Source of the DNA: Diadema antillarum
Taxonomy: Eukaryota
Direction: 5' to 3'
Assembly: GCF_040938485.1 (NCBI RefSeq)
Contig: NW_027270903.1
Coordinates: 558,001 to 622,000 of the forward strand
Length of the DNA: 64,000 nucleotides
A program made the position numbers and the translations under genes. The notes under the pieces were generated by a model. That model ran no database searches. It was given only the letters and a program-made list of their open reading frames with translations, and was not told where the DNA came from. Positions 1 to 11,090 of the stretch are shown in pieces (position 1 is the stretch's first letter; the number at the start of each line of letters is the position of its first letter).

Positions 1-489
1 GGCTCCGCCCCTAACAACGACCAGAGTGATCTCATTGGTCAGTTTGCTGCTTGCCGCTAACCGAAGCGTGAAGCTCGCACATTGCCCAGTCGACTGGTGC
101 GTGTGGGCGGGTTGCGCTATGCCTAACCGCTTCTCCTGACATCCTGGTCACTGATTGGTCGGTGAGGAGACCGCCGACGCTGTGTTTGAATGAGCATTTC
201 GGGGGTTGCTAGGGCTGAACTTCTATTGTCCTGAGGTGAATACTAACTTGCGTGTCTCTTGATTGTGATTGCGTCGCAAGGAGAACTTTCAGGGCGCTTT
301 TCTCGAAACAGTGATTTCCCAGACATCTTGACATGCTCTCTTTTAAACATCGATATCTCCGCCGCCGATTATTTTTATGAGACGTGTTATATATCAATTT
401 AAAGCAGAAAGATTAGGAAATTGTGTCATGCAATTTTCAAATAATCGACCTCGCCCGACTTTAGGATCATTTTGTTGTAGCGGGTCACA
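1..489. mobile_element. Non-autonomous TIR DNA element (TGTGACCCG...CGGGTCACA family), left part outside the window
   Basis: Highly similar to 5191-5678. Ends in the same TIR cgactttaggatcattttgttgtagcgggtcaca. Confidence 0.8.
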
Positions 490-700
490 TATGCCTTGGG
501 TTTCTTCCTGATACTTGTTACTGATACATGTTAAGGGTGATATAATTCTCCCTGCTTTCTGGAAGAGGTAAGTCGATTACTTTTTCATTATGCTATAAGA
601 ATTGAAACATTTTGAATGCTCGCTATATTTTCTTTGTATAAATGTTCTGCAGTGATGTTACAAATTGTTGTAGTCTTCTCATTGAGCCATGGAAGCTCCA
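490..700. mobile_element. Diverged internal fragment of the Kolobok-like MITE family
   Basis: acttgttactgatacatgttaagggtgatataattctccctgctttctg matches the interior of the 9646-10205 element (about 9897-9950). Confidence 0.55.
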
Positions 701-1159
701 AAGCTTTGAAAATTTACTGCGAAACTCTGCTGACTGAACTGTGTATTGATTTTTCTTATCAAGTGAAACAAAAACATACACAAGCATACAGAGAGCTTTA
801 GAAAGTATGCTGTCACTGTCAAATTTTCTGTGAAAGAACACGCAAAAAAAAAAAAATCACCACATTGTTAGACTGGTTGTGTGATGGTTTTATTTCAATT
901 AGATAATGGGTACCTGGCAGTGGCGGGAGTATTTTACTCTTGTACAATAAAATTGGCAAAACAGCTTTTTTTAGTAGCAAAGAGAAGACGAAACATGAGC
1001 TGGTGTTTGATGTGGACAGTAACCATTATCAAGAGAGTGTAATAATTCCATGTGATTGCCATCCAATTCCTCAATAAATAAGCAAAATGTGAGGAAAGTC
1101 TACTGTGACATTAATTTGTTCATCTATATTGTATAATCTAGAGAAGATGGGGCCTATTT

Positions 1160-1620
1160 ATGATTAATATTCCTAGGAGTTTATGATCTCAATTTGTTTA
1201 ACTGGGCACCATTTACCCCAAGGTGTCCCCCAGTGTGCCCAAACCTCCCGGATTTAAGGAATATTTACAAATCTTCTTCTCTAGAACCAGAAGTGATAAA
1301 GCTACTTGTAAGTTGATACTATGAGTTAGTACATGGATGACTATAATTTCAAGTTTGTTCATTGCAGATCCGGGGGTGCCCCCCCCCCCCTCCCATAGGA
1401 GCCTGGGGAGAGGGGGAGGGATCCAAATGTGTGCCAAAATTGTGCATCTTAATCCTTGAAATCCCTTGATGGATTTTCACCAAACTGGGCAGGTAGCATT
1501 CCTAGGGAAATAGGATCTCAATTTGTTCGAATAGACATCATTCTCCACCTGGGGGCCACAGGGGGCCCAAACCTCCCAAATTAGGAAATATTCAAAAATA
1601 TTCTTTTCTAGAATAAGAAT
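1160..1620. repeat. Degenerate satellite-like repeat relic (Helitron/HINE-type central repeat)
   Basis: ttcctagg...gatctcaatttgtt...cccaaacctccc...aaat(c/a)ttcttctctagaa occurs twice, about 330 bp apart. Confidence 0.45.
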
Positions 1621-1870
1621 TTATAGAGCTTTAAGTCTTTTTCTTCTTTATTTTTCAAACTGCATTGTCAAACTTTGTAAGTTACTATTGTGATGGAGTA
1701 TGCAAGTGGACACCCTGCCCCTAGCTCTCAAAGCTGCCCCCTGCCCAAGAATGACTGGAAGGTGAACTTGCCATACTCTGAGGTGAGCACGAGACCCCCA
1801 GTCTCTTGTTTCAGTTCCATCTTCTCAATGTTTGCTGTGATCATCAAATCTAATGATTACCAGCCTGGCT

Positions 1871-1873
<3 letters not shown>

Positions 1874-1910
<37 letters not shown>
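1874..1910 (+). repeat. (CT)n microsatellite serving as polypyrimidine tract
   Basis: Pure CT run directly upstream of the acceptor at 1920-1921. Confidence 0.9.
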
Positions 1911-1912
<2 letters not shown>

Positions 1913-1921
1913 ACTCTACAG

Positions 1922-2061
1922 CATTGGAGTGCAGTCTGTTGGTATACATCTGTTCATCGGAAACATAACTGAAGAAGCTTTAGGAAAGTATGTCATTGCT
2001 GCAAATTACACCCTGGATGGGAGAATCATAGCCAACAGCACGAGCGTCAACCTGTCTTTCA
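1922..2061 (+). CDS. Exon: C-terminal half of an Ig-like ectodomain
   Basis: (CT)n tract + ctacag acceptor, TTCA|gtaag donor. Encodes IGVQSVGIHLFIGNITEEALGKYVIAANYTLDGRIIANSTSVNLSF with N-x-S/T sequons (NIT, NYT, NST, NLS). Confidence 0.75.
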
Positions 2062-5000
2062 GTAAGATAATGTCTATCCATGGTTCCATGACAAATACTC
2101 CCTCCTCCCTTGACAATTACCCTAGGCCCTTTTCTTGACCCTAACCCTAAGCTTAATCCTGAGCCCAATCCAAACTCTAATCCAATTCTGGTTCTCGGGA
2201 CCAGCAGTTTTCTTTCCTTATATCAAAATTTTGTTATAAACCGAAAAAATAAACAATGAAAAACATAGAGTTGATAATGTTGTGGTCTGGATTTCACTTC
2301 ATTGTAACCAGAATTTCATTATAACCATGTTTGTTGTAACAGAAGTACACTGTGCGCCTATTCATGTCAGGTTCGTGTTTATGTCTATCTTTGTAATTTC
2401 TTCCCATTTCAAAATAACTTTCATTAAGTTTTTTTTGTTGTTGCAAGCAATCTACCTGATATAGTACACGCGGCACATCCCATCTTAACCCATGAATTGA
2501 AAAGTTGTATAATATATCATTACAATAAAAAAAGATGAAGTTACTGTGCATATATTGGTAACAAGATTAGTGCAGTCTGCATCAGTGATTTTCAAAAGGC
2601 TTTCTGACTACTGTCGCAGTATTAAAGCAAACCTGAACTTGGCACACTGCTCTGCATGAGAAAAGTATGAGTGTGGCGAATCAAGCCTTATTGAAATTTG
2701 ATTGCAATTTTCGTAAGGTGCCCAGGCCACACTTCTTGTTCCTCTCTCTTTAGAGTGCACTGAAAGCTGTTTCACTGTTATGTGCATGTTCATATGCTCT
2801 TCTGTAATATTAATAGCTTCACTAATTTTCCAGTGTTGAATGCAGTAGAGGTTTTTGTAATACTTTCCTTGATGCATACAAAAACTTACAGAATTATGAC
2901 CATTTCTGTTACTCCTTCCTGATGCTATCATTGATTGCAGGCATTAATTACCACAAGATGATATCAAAAAGATTCTCCCCACCCAAATATCCATTAGTGT
3001 GTACTGTCAATGATTAATTGATTAGTATATCGGACTCTACAAGAATATACAAGACTGGGTCAATTTATCTCATTGCTGTTGCCCTCACAATGAACAACTG
3101 CAATGAAATATGGCTTCAGAAAAAAAAAATTGAACCATTTGCAGTAAATGTTTTAAACCAGATTAACACATTACATAGAGACAAAATGCAAGAGGGCAAA
3201 AAATGTAAAAATTTTTTAGGCCACTCCCCTCATATATCCACCACCTGTGACAATATTATAAGGCTTTTGACAAAACCATCAGACCAAATCACTTGTGAAA
3301 AAAAAATGATTGAAGATTAAACATATTTCATGTATCTCATTTGGTTTTTTTTTCCATGGCAGAACCTGGTCCAATTATCAGTGTGAGGCTGACCATTGCC
3401 ATAGTGATGTCACTGGTCCTTGTGGTTACCCTGGTAGCCACGGTTACCATCACATGCTATATGCATCATCTGACTCTACAACTGTGGTGGAAGAATCGGT
3501 ACGGCAAGCTGGAGGAAAATGGTACGTCTGTGTGATGCTGGTGTAGGGGTAGTTTGGATGTTGCACGTTGATTCTGAAACAAGGATCTTACTTTTCACTG
3601 TAGTGCTGTTCTTTCACGAGTCTATTTCAACCTGAAGAAAATGGGAAAATACTTTTTTTACTTTCAGTTAAAGCTTCAACTGTTATTTAGGATGAAAATT
3701 AAAGATTGGAAAAAAAAAAACAATAACCTTTTTAGACTGCCTTATACAGTTATTGCATGCTCCATCGTGCACTATACTGGATTTATTGTAGAACGACAAA
3801 TACAAAATTATCCTGAGTCCCGTTTTGTTTCACACTGGCCGTAGGCTGAGGTGAAATAGAACTGCAAGAGGGATAATTTAGCATTTGGAGTTCTACAGTC
3901 CAGTGCTGGTGCAGCAGTAGAACAATGAACCCCTTGATAAACATGCATTTTTCATAGGTCTAGGCCCAACGAGATCTGCTATTGATTTCATGCAGGGAGA
4001 GTATAAGAATAATCTTGTGTACATATGTACAGCCCAGTAGTGCAGTGCTGAGCAGACTTGGGTATGAACTCATACTTCTTGTGTCTTGTGCTCTTCTCTC
4101 TGTGTCTTATAATATGCTGAAAGTATTGTAGGCTTTGCCCTACGTCCCCACTACGTAGTATTGCTGCACAGTATCGCTGTGTATACAATTAAAGTGTAGG
4201 CATGTCGTAAATGTTTCAGTATAGGGCACGACCGTACACTATACTGAGTTTTTCCACACGATTACACAATGCAGTCTAACCAATCACAGCACATAATATA
4301 CTTGACCTATTTACAAGGCCATGACGACACAGAAAGGACAAAGGGGATTAGGTAGTCTCTATTCATTAGTGATTTGTTTCCAAGACACCAGCAACAATAG
4401 ATGTACAAAGCTTAGAAAGGACTAGGGTATGTTACATCATTTCAGTAACTAACATGACTGCTGGAAAATGTAGAAGTAGTATATTGACCTGTATGTTTAT
4501 TGTCACAGATGGACATCGGTGTGACGCATTCATCAGCTACAGTGACGCAGCAGATGACTTGCAGTTTGCCATATTCCTGAAGATCTTTCTAGAGGGAAAG
4601 AACTACACAGTCTGGCTTAAAGATATTGATGCTGCTGTGAGCAATGGTGAGAAATGCCCCTCAAAAAAGATTTGTTAACCCGTTGAGGACGGTTTGATTT
4701 TGCTACAACACGCATTTCCCATAGACGCTTGCCCGAGTATACTCGTGACTCGTCCTCGACGGGTTAAAGAAATCCAATTCCTTTTCTTAGATTGGGCCAA
4801 CTTGTCACTTTTGTAATGAAGTGAACATGGAAAATTTTGGATTTTATCTGTGCAGATGTGCATTTGTATGTATATATATAGATAGATATAGATGTGCATT
4901 TGTATGTATGTATATGTGACCCGCTACAACAAAAAGGTCCTAAAGTCGCGCATGGTCGAAGCCGTGAAAATCGAGTTTGAAGTCAGAGCATTAAAATTGG

Positions 5001-8000
5001 TCAAAACTTACGATTTTCTGATTTTGATATATTATTGGAGTCTAACATGTCTTCTATCATCTGTCGAAATTTTGAAGCAAAATGATCAAAGGAAAAATAA
5101 AAAAATAGCATTTTTCTGAGCCATGTTTTTTTTTGCGTTTCAACGAAGCAGAAACTGGTTCGAAAATTTGGATTGAGTGCCACAGATAGGTTCCGCCCCT
5201 AACAACGACCAGAGTGATCTCATTGATCAGTTTGCCGCTTGCTGCTAACCGAAGCGTAAAGCTCGCACACTGCCCAGTCGACTGGTGCGTGCGGGCGGAG
5301 TGCGCTATGCTCAGCTGCTTTTCACATCCTGGTCACTGATTGGTTGGTGAGGAGACCGCCGACGCTGATGTGCTTGAATGAACTCTTCGGGGGTTGCTAG
5401 GGGCTTACCTTCTATTGTCCAGAGGTGAAAACTGACTTGCATGTCCCTTGATCGCGATTGCGTCGAAAGGAAGACTTTTAGGGCGCTTTTCTCGAAACAG
5501 TGATTTTCCAGACGTCTCGACATGCTCTCTTTTAAACATCGATATCTCCGCAGCCGATTATTTTTATAAAATGTGTTATATATCAATTTAAAGCAGAAAG
5601 ATTAGGGGATTATATCATGCAATTTTCAAATAATCGACCTCGCCCGACTTTAGGATCATTTTGTTGTAGCGGGTCACATATATATATATATATATGAATA
5701 GCTGTGCATTATGTTTGCATTGACAAACATAGTGTGTTCAAATTAATGAAATTCTTCCATCAAGATGTTTATATTGCAACTGATTGACAAATTGCCCTAC
5801 ATTGACATAAATTAGCACCAGATTAATCAGTGTTCAGTTGTAGCCTCGTTGATATTTTGGCCGCCTGAAAAAGAAATGTAGTGGCCCGAAATAAATGGAA
5901 ATCTAAAAATTTATCTTGAAGTTTATAATATATGCATGCTTGTGTATGATAATGTGTAAGTGTGTATATACGTACGTCTCCCATGTATCACCTCTTGAAA
6001 GTTGGATACACCGACTTCAATTATTTCACACTTTTGATCTCAAGATACTACAAAATAACTCAATATCCTGGCAAATCGTGTCAGCCAGACAAGTTTCTTT
6101 GGTAGGGCTTTCCAATATATTGCAAGCAAATTCCAAACAATGGAAGATGAATTTTGAGTCCTTCTGAGTACTATGCTTAAGCTTTAATATTGCCATGGTT
6201 TTGAGAGTATTTCAAATGAATCCCTTCTGCTTTTTATATGCAGCCCTCATAACTGAAGAGATAGACTACATGAAACAGAGTAGACGGTGTATTCTCATCA
6301 TCTCCAAAGAGTATTCAAACGCCAGACACAGTCGGTTGCTGGTAAGTTACTTTCAAACTAATTGAAATTTTGATGGGCAAAGTGGGAACAAGCGTAACAT
6401 ACACTCTCAAAAACTTGCAAACATACAATGTTTGGGTTGGAGATCTATTTTCAGTGTTTGGTATAACATAATCTTTCAACTATATATATGAAAACTGGAA
6501 GCCTAACTTAAGTTTCAGTAGTGTTTTTTTTTTTTTCACAAGTTTTGTACATTGACATCTTTTTGATCCAAATTTGGTTTCCTCTTACTTTGGGGTCCTC
6601 TGTTTTGACCTCAGAAGGTACATACATTGTATAAAATTGTGTGTGTGAAACCCTTCAAATGCCTTTGCAGAACAGTTGGCAGTGCAATACTTAAAAAATA
6701 TCAAGAAGAGAAGGAGAATGTGTTTTAGGAGTATGCCAAGGAGTTCAGTGAGAATCCTTGCAAGTGCCAGATACTGTAAAACAAGGAATGTTTGCATGCA
6801 TTTTAATTTTGCGAATTTTGTGAGAACCAAGATTCGCGAAATTAAAATGCACATGAAAGTTTTTGTCTACACTATATGCTTTGAATGCCAGTAGCAATTT
6901 GCGAAAATTTCATGCCATGAAAAAAAATTGTGCCTCGAATATATTGTGTTTTATTTCCTGTAGACTGTTTATGCTTTATATTTCTTTGTGTTTTTATTCT
7001 TTGCAATTTTTATGCCTTGACTGACTTTTGTAATAGTAACAACTTGTGAAAATGTTGTGTACTGGTACTATATTGTAAAACAAATACATTGAATATCATG
7101 TCCAAGGTGGGAAATTGCTATCTTTTCCCTTCATACATGATAATACTTCTTTTTCATTTCATCAATGCAATTCTCGATTCCAAATTCAACCTCTCAGGAA
7201 ATCAACTTACAAGTCACAATTCTTGAAATAAATGTAGCAAACTAAAAAATGTAGCAAAAGAAAAAGAGATCTCATAATATAATACCTTTGGAATAGGTGG
7301 CATATATAGACCGATTCAGGTTCGTTGAGGGCAGCAGACAATTTGTGGTACTGGGCGCAGCCATGAGCTCATTTTGAGGTGTCTTAGCCGACCCCCCCTC
7401 CTCTCCCCCACCCCCGGGCAACATGTTTATCACGCACTTGTAACAAAGGTTCGCGCACTAAGCAAGCGTTCGCGCACTCAGTACAAGACGCCTATTGGCT
7501 AAAACGACCATGCATCAGTTTTTCATTCCGCGCGCGGAAGGGGGTGGGGGAGAGGGATGGGGGGGTCAGCTAAGACACCGCGTTAATGGCGCTGCCCATG
7601 CCAAAAATACACATAGCGTGTCACAGAATCGGTCTATACAGTACAGTACATACAAATCAACAAACAAAACTGTTCTGAAGCTTGCTTTGGTGTTCACATC
7701 AAAATATACACTAGTTCTACAAACTGAAAATTAAATAGACAGCATCAAATTAGTGCTATGTCTTGGTCAGCTTTACTTTTTTTGTCCTCAGTTTTTGTTG
7801 TTGTTTTTTGTTTTCAGCTAGTGAATATCTTCAGGTGTTCCAAAGCAAACTCACACTTGGAGTTCACATGTTGAAGTTTGATTCATGTTCACTCCAAATA
7901 TTGGCCTGTATTAGCCCTGCTGTTACATATATTATATTTTTTTTAAATTTAGACTTTGCAGAGGCAGAGAAGTTTGTTGAATCAGAGAAAATGACCAAGT

Positions 8001-8455
8001 TTGTCTTGCACACTGATATTTCAAGTTTGCACTGATGTTGTTGTTCAGCTGGTCAAATTTTGATGATGACTCTTTGATGGGCATTACAGAATGAACTCGC
8101 CACGGATCAGATCCTGAGACGAGAGATCAAAGTCATACCCATTCTCTACGGGGACGTCACTCAGGCCGACCTGAATACAGACCAGCAGCTCACCAGAATC
8201 GTCCAGCTGTCTCCCTGCATCATCTGGAAGGAGAAACCTCAGGGGAGTAACAATGCCCCCCAGAGGATGGGGGGAGAGGGAGAGCTACGCCTTGGAGTGG
8301 AAGAGGAGGGGGGTGACAGACTGGAGGACCATCTCGTAGCCGAGGATGCAGCGATGAGCAGGAGGCAGAAAAAATTGCAAGCAAAATGTGAGAAGAAACT
8401 TCTGCTCCAGATGCCGGCCACTCGCACAGAAAACAGTAGAAATAGAGTGGTCTAG
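1922..8455 (+). CDS. IL-1 receptor/SIGIRR-like Ig-TM-TIR receptor, 5'-partial (5 coding exons: 1922-2061, 3363-3521, 4509-4646, 6244-6341, 8090-8455)
   Basis: All four introns are GT-AG with matching phases (1,1,1,0). The spliced peptide gives an Ig E-F-G-like segment (LFIGNITEEALGKYVI), a hydrophobic TM (LTIAIVMSLVLVVTLVATVTITC), TIR box1 (CDAFISYSD), SRRCILIISKEY, KVIPILY and a box3-like KKLLLQMP before TAG at 8453-8455. AATAAA at 8719-8724. Confidence 0.85.
3363..3521 (+). CDS. Exon: transmembrane segment of the TIR receptor
   Basis: tttccatggcag acceptor, AATG|gtacgt donor. Encodes KPGPIISVRLTIAIVMSLVLVVTLVATVTITCYMHHLTLQLWWKNRYGKLEEN. Confidence 0.85.
4509..4646 (+). CDS. Exon: TIR box1 to BB loop
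   Basis: ttgtcacag acceptor, AATG|gtgag donor. Encodes DGHRCDAFISYSDAADDLQFAIFLKIFLEGKNYTVWLKDIDAAVSN. Confidence 0.9.
4915..5678. mobile_element. Complete 764-bp non-autonomous TIR DNA element in a TIR-gene intron
   Basis: TIRs TGTGACCCGCTACAACAAAAAGGTCCTAAAGTCG and CGACTTTAGGATCATTTTGTTGTAGCGGGTCACA, flanked by TATA on both sides within TA-rich DNA. Superfamily not assigned. Confidence 0.85.
5985..6190 (+). repeat. Dispersed repeat fragment (second copy near 52975-53110)
   Basis: Shared acacttttgatctcaa(g/a)atactacaaaa...tag(g/a)gctttcc(a/g)ata...gaagatgaatttt. Confidence 0.55.
6244..6341 (+). CDS. Exon: TIR alphaB-betaC-alphaC
   Basis: tttttatatgcag acceptor, CTG|gtaagt donor. Encodes ALITEEIDYMKQSRRCILIISKEYSNARHSRLL. 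Confidence 0.88.
6772..6960. mobile_element. TACTGTAAAA-type MITE (partial copy at about 42787-42840)
   Basis: gatactgtaaaac(a/g)aggaatgtt.gc.tgcattttaattt.gcgaattt is shared between the two loci. Confidence 0.5.
7355..7600. mobile_element. Small inverted-repeat element (MITE-like)
   Basis: ggtgtcttagccgaccccc (7378-7396) is inverted to gggggtcagctaagacacc (7561-7579). Confidence 0.55.
8090..8455 (+). CDS. Terminal exon: TIR betaD to box3 and stop
   Basis: cattacag acceptor in phase 0. Encodes NELATDQILRREIKVIPILYGDV...CIIWKEK...CEKKLLLQMPATRTENSRNRVV*. Confidence 0.85.
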   Translation, partial: NELATDQILRREIKVIPILYGDVTQADLNTDQQLTRIVQLSPCIIWKEKPQGSNNAPQRMGGEGELRLGVEEEGGDRLEDHLVAEDAAMSRRQKKLQAKCEKKLLLQMPATRTENSRNRVV

Positions 8456-8892
8456 CCCAGTCTGAGAGACCTCCAACAATTTTAGAAGTTGTTTTAAAAT
8501 TCACTTACTGAGCTGCATTCAAACATGCAAAACTTTTTAAAACTATGCTGTCACAATCAAGTATAACATCCTAGTAGCCATTTTGCATGAAAAACCTGCA
8601 TAAAATTTATAAGGTTAATTTCCTGGTAGGAAAAGAAAAGTGTATACGGTCAGCTATGTTTAATTCATGTTTTTGGAGATTTTCTGGAGGATTTATCCTG
8701 CTGCTTGCAAGTTTGAAGAATAAATCTAAGAATAGGCAGTGTTTGAAGTCCCATCTTGTGAGGAAAATTCTTGGTGCTCTGGTGCTGTGGGGTCACATGG
8801 CATTATAATACTCAAGTCTCTTTGGCAAGCCCTCCCAATATCAAAGGGAGCTTGTCTTCAGATGACATCGTGAAGCACATTCAGAAGTGAGT

Positions 8893-9268
8893 TTTGTTTG
8901 TTTTTTGTTTGTTTGTTTGTTCATATCCATCTGAGAAGATGGCTGGATTGCCCATATTCAGCTATGCTAAGCTTGTCTTCTGTGGGGTCCAGTTGGATGT
9001 GAGGTGGGACCACTTTACCGGGTTAAACACCCTGCTCTTTGCGATGAATGAATGAAGCGGGATCTTTTATGTGCATGAGTTGTGACTCTTCATACATGGG
9101 ACCTCCATTTTATGTCCTATCCGAGGGACAGAGTGTTTTACCCCTTACTAGAGGGGACGGTATGCTTACACACAACATTGCCCAGTCCCGACTCAGGTTC
9201 AAACCCGGGCCCTTAGGATTGTAAGGCAAGCGCAGACGCGCTACCGACGCGCTACCAACTGAGCCAAC
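8893..9268 (-). mobile_element. tRNA-derived SINE
   Basis: The minus strand starts with an A-box-like tggctcagttggtag and a B-box-like gggtttgaacc. The head has a small ggtagcgcgtc duplication, and an (AAAC)n tail lies at about 8896-8920. Confidence 0.7.
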
Positions 9269-9645
9269 GTAACTCACAGCACACTGTGGATTCTTTCTTG
9301 GATGTGATGTGAGGATTTAATATGGTCCTGATAAGGACCTACTCAGTCTTGATGTTTCAGTAAGCATGTTCCTGCTGTCCTCGGGAGAATTCGCATCTAT
9401 GTAGGCCCTATATGCCCAGTTATAATCATGTCTTATTGATATCTCAGGACCAATCCCGCATCCAAGAATGAATATATGGTGTACCATGAAACCATCTACC
9501 ACTACACGTGCTGCTACCATGGAAACCCTCAATGCATCATAAATCACACTAATGTCACAACTGTAAGTGCACAATTCATTCAAGGGTCAGCAGACAGGGA
9601 AGTCAATTTTCTGAGTCCACTTTGCTCATAGTTTAGAATCATTAA

Positions 9646-10205
9646 AGGACAAGTCCACCTTCATATACATGTGGATTGTGTGAATGCAGTAATATTAGTA
9701 GAACACATCAGTGAAAGTTTGGGGAAAATCGGACAATTCATTCAAAAGTTATGCATTTTTAAAGTATCTGCACAGTCACTGCTGAATGAGAAGACTGCTA
9801 CAGTGTATGATGTCATATGCGTACAACGATTATAAAGAAAATAAAAAGAGAATTTCACAAAATTTCACTTTTTGAATAAAGTGCACATTTCTTTGACTTG
9901 TTACTGACATATGTTAAGGGTGATATTATTCCCCCTGCCTTCTGAAAGAGAGAAGTCAAGTGTTCTTTTGTTATGCAAGAAAAGTGAAAAATATGTTGAA
10001 TTTTCTTTATTCTTTCTTTATATTGTTGTACACATATGACATCACAAGCTAAAGTAGTTTTCTATCCAGCCTTGACTGAGCAGAAACTTCAAAAATTCAT
10101 AACTTTTGAACAGATTGTCAGATTTTCCTCAAACTCTCACTGATGTGTTCTACTAATATTGCTGCATTCACTCAACCCACATGTCCATGAAGGTGAACTT
10201 GTCCT
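9646..10205. mobile_element. Kolobok-like non-autonomous DNA transposon (560 bp)
   Basis: TTAA at 9642-9645 and 10206-10209. Termini AGGACAAGTCCACCTTCAT and ATGAAGGTGAACTTGTCCT, with long (~130 bp) imperfect TIRs. RR..YY termini plus TTAA TSD fit Kolobok rather than piggyBac. Confidence 0.8.
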
Positions 10206-10613
10206 TTAAGTTTCTTCCAACTTCCTTCAAACCGAAGGGCTTGACTTACAGGGTGAATACTGCGCTATTTTAGCATTAAGTAGCCATTGGTGTGTAACAA
10301 ATTGAGCATTCGACGCTAAAGTTAGCCACTGGAGCAAAGGGAAATGTTTCCACAGAGGCTACAGTATCTTGTTATTATGCTTCTCAATGTCTAGCAATAA
10401 ATGCACTTGTGACTTTTGGTGTGTGAAAAGGAAAAACTGTTCTTTTGTCATCTCAGGAATCCCACATGCAGTCAGCGAGAATATCATATCTCTGAAGATG
10501 TCCTGTATGTCTCCTCTCAAACTGCCTTGCCTTGTTTCAAAACTTGTACTAGACTGTTTTTATCACTATTATTTGTATTATTATTATTATTATTATGATC
10601 ATTATTGTCATTG

Positions 10614-11090
10614 CAGGGCTCCACACTAACTTTTTTATTTGGTGGCCCGATGGGGCCACCAAAATCACCAATTTCAAATTTTTGGTGGCCCGAGAGAAAA
10701 ATTTGGTGGCCCCCCAAAAACAATAAAAAACGTTAAAATTCCTGCTTTTTTGTGATGAGTCAAATATTTAAATGTTATCATAGTAAGAATTGGAAGCTGG
10801 ACATATTATCTACTCATAAATAAACCTCAACAATCTCGCAACACTCACTCTCAGGCACTCATTCAGTCCTTTTCATCCATCCTTTAAACAAATTTAACTG
10901 CTGAATGGTAAGACTAAGTATAAATATTCATTGACAGGCACATGGGTTGCAACATATTAACATAAATAAATGACACTTTTCAAAAAAATTTGGTGGCTCG
11001 AGGCGGGCCACCAAATTTGCCCTTTTTTGAAATTTGGTGGCCCGACTTTCATTTTTGGTGGCCCCGGGCCACCGTTAGTGTCGAGCCCAG
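10614..11090. mobile_element. hAT-like MITE
   Basis: TIR CAGGGCTCCACACTAAC vs GTTAGTGTCGAGCCCAG, with repeated subterminal tttggtggccc motifs. TSD degenerate (gtcattg/gttattg). Confidence 0.65.

Noticed and set aside
209-397. ORFs 209-397 and 5311-5586 (MIYNT...RRYRCLKESMS)
   Set aside because: Both lie inside copies of the same non-autonomous TIR element, differ in length, and show no transposase or THAP motif.
1690-1790. Possible upstream exon of the TIR receptor (GAG|gtgagc donor, ...NDWKVNLPYSE)
   Set aside because: The open frame ends in phase 0, but the exon at 1922 needs phase 2. The alternative donor (GAAG|gtgaac) gives a peptide with no Ig features. Not supportable.
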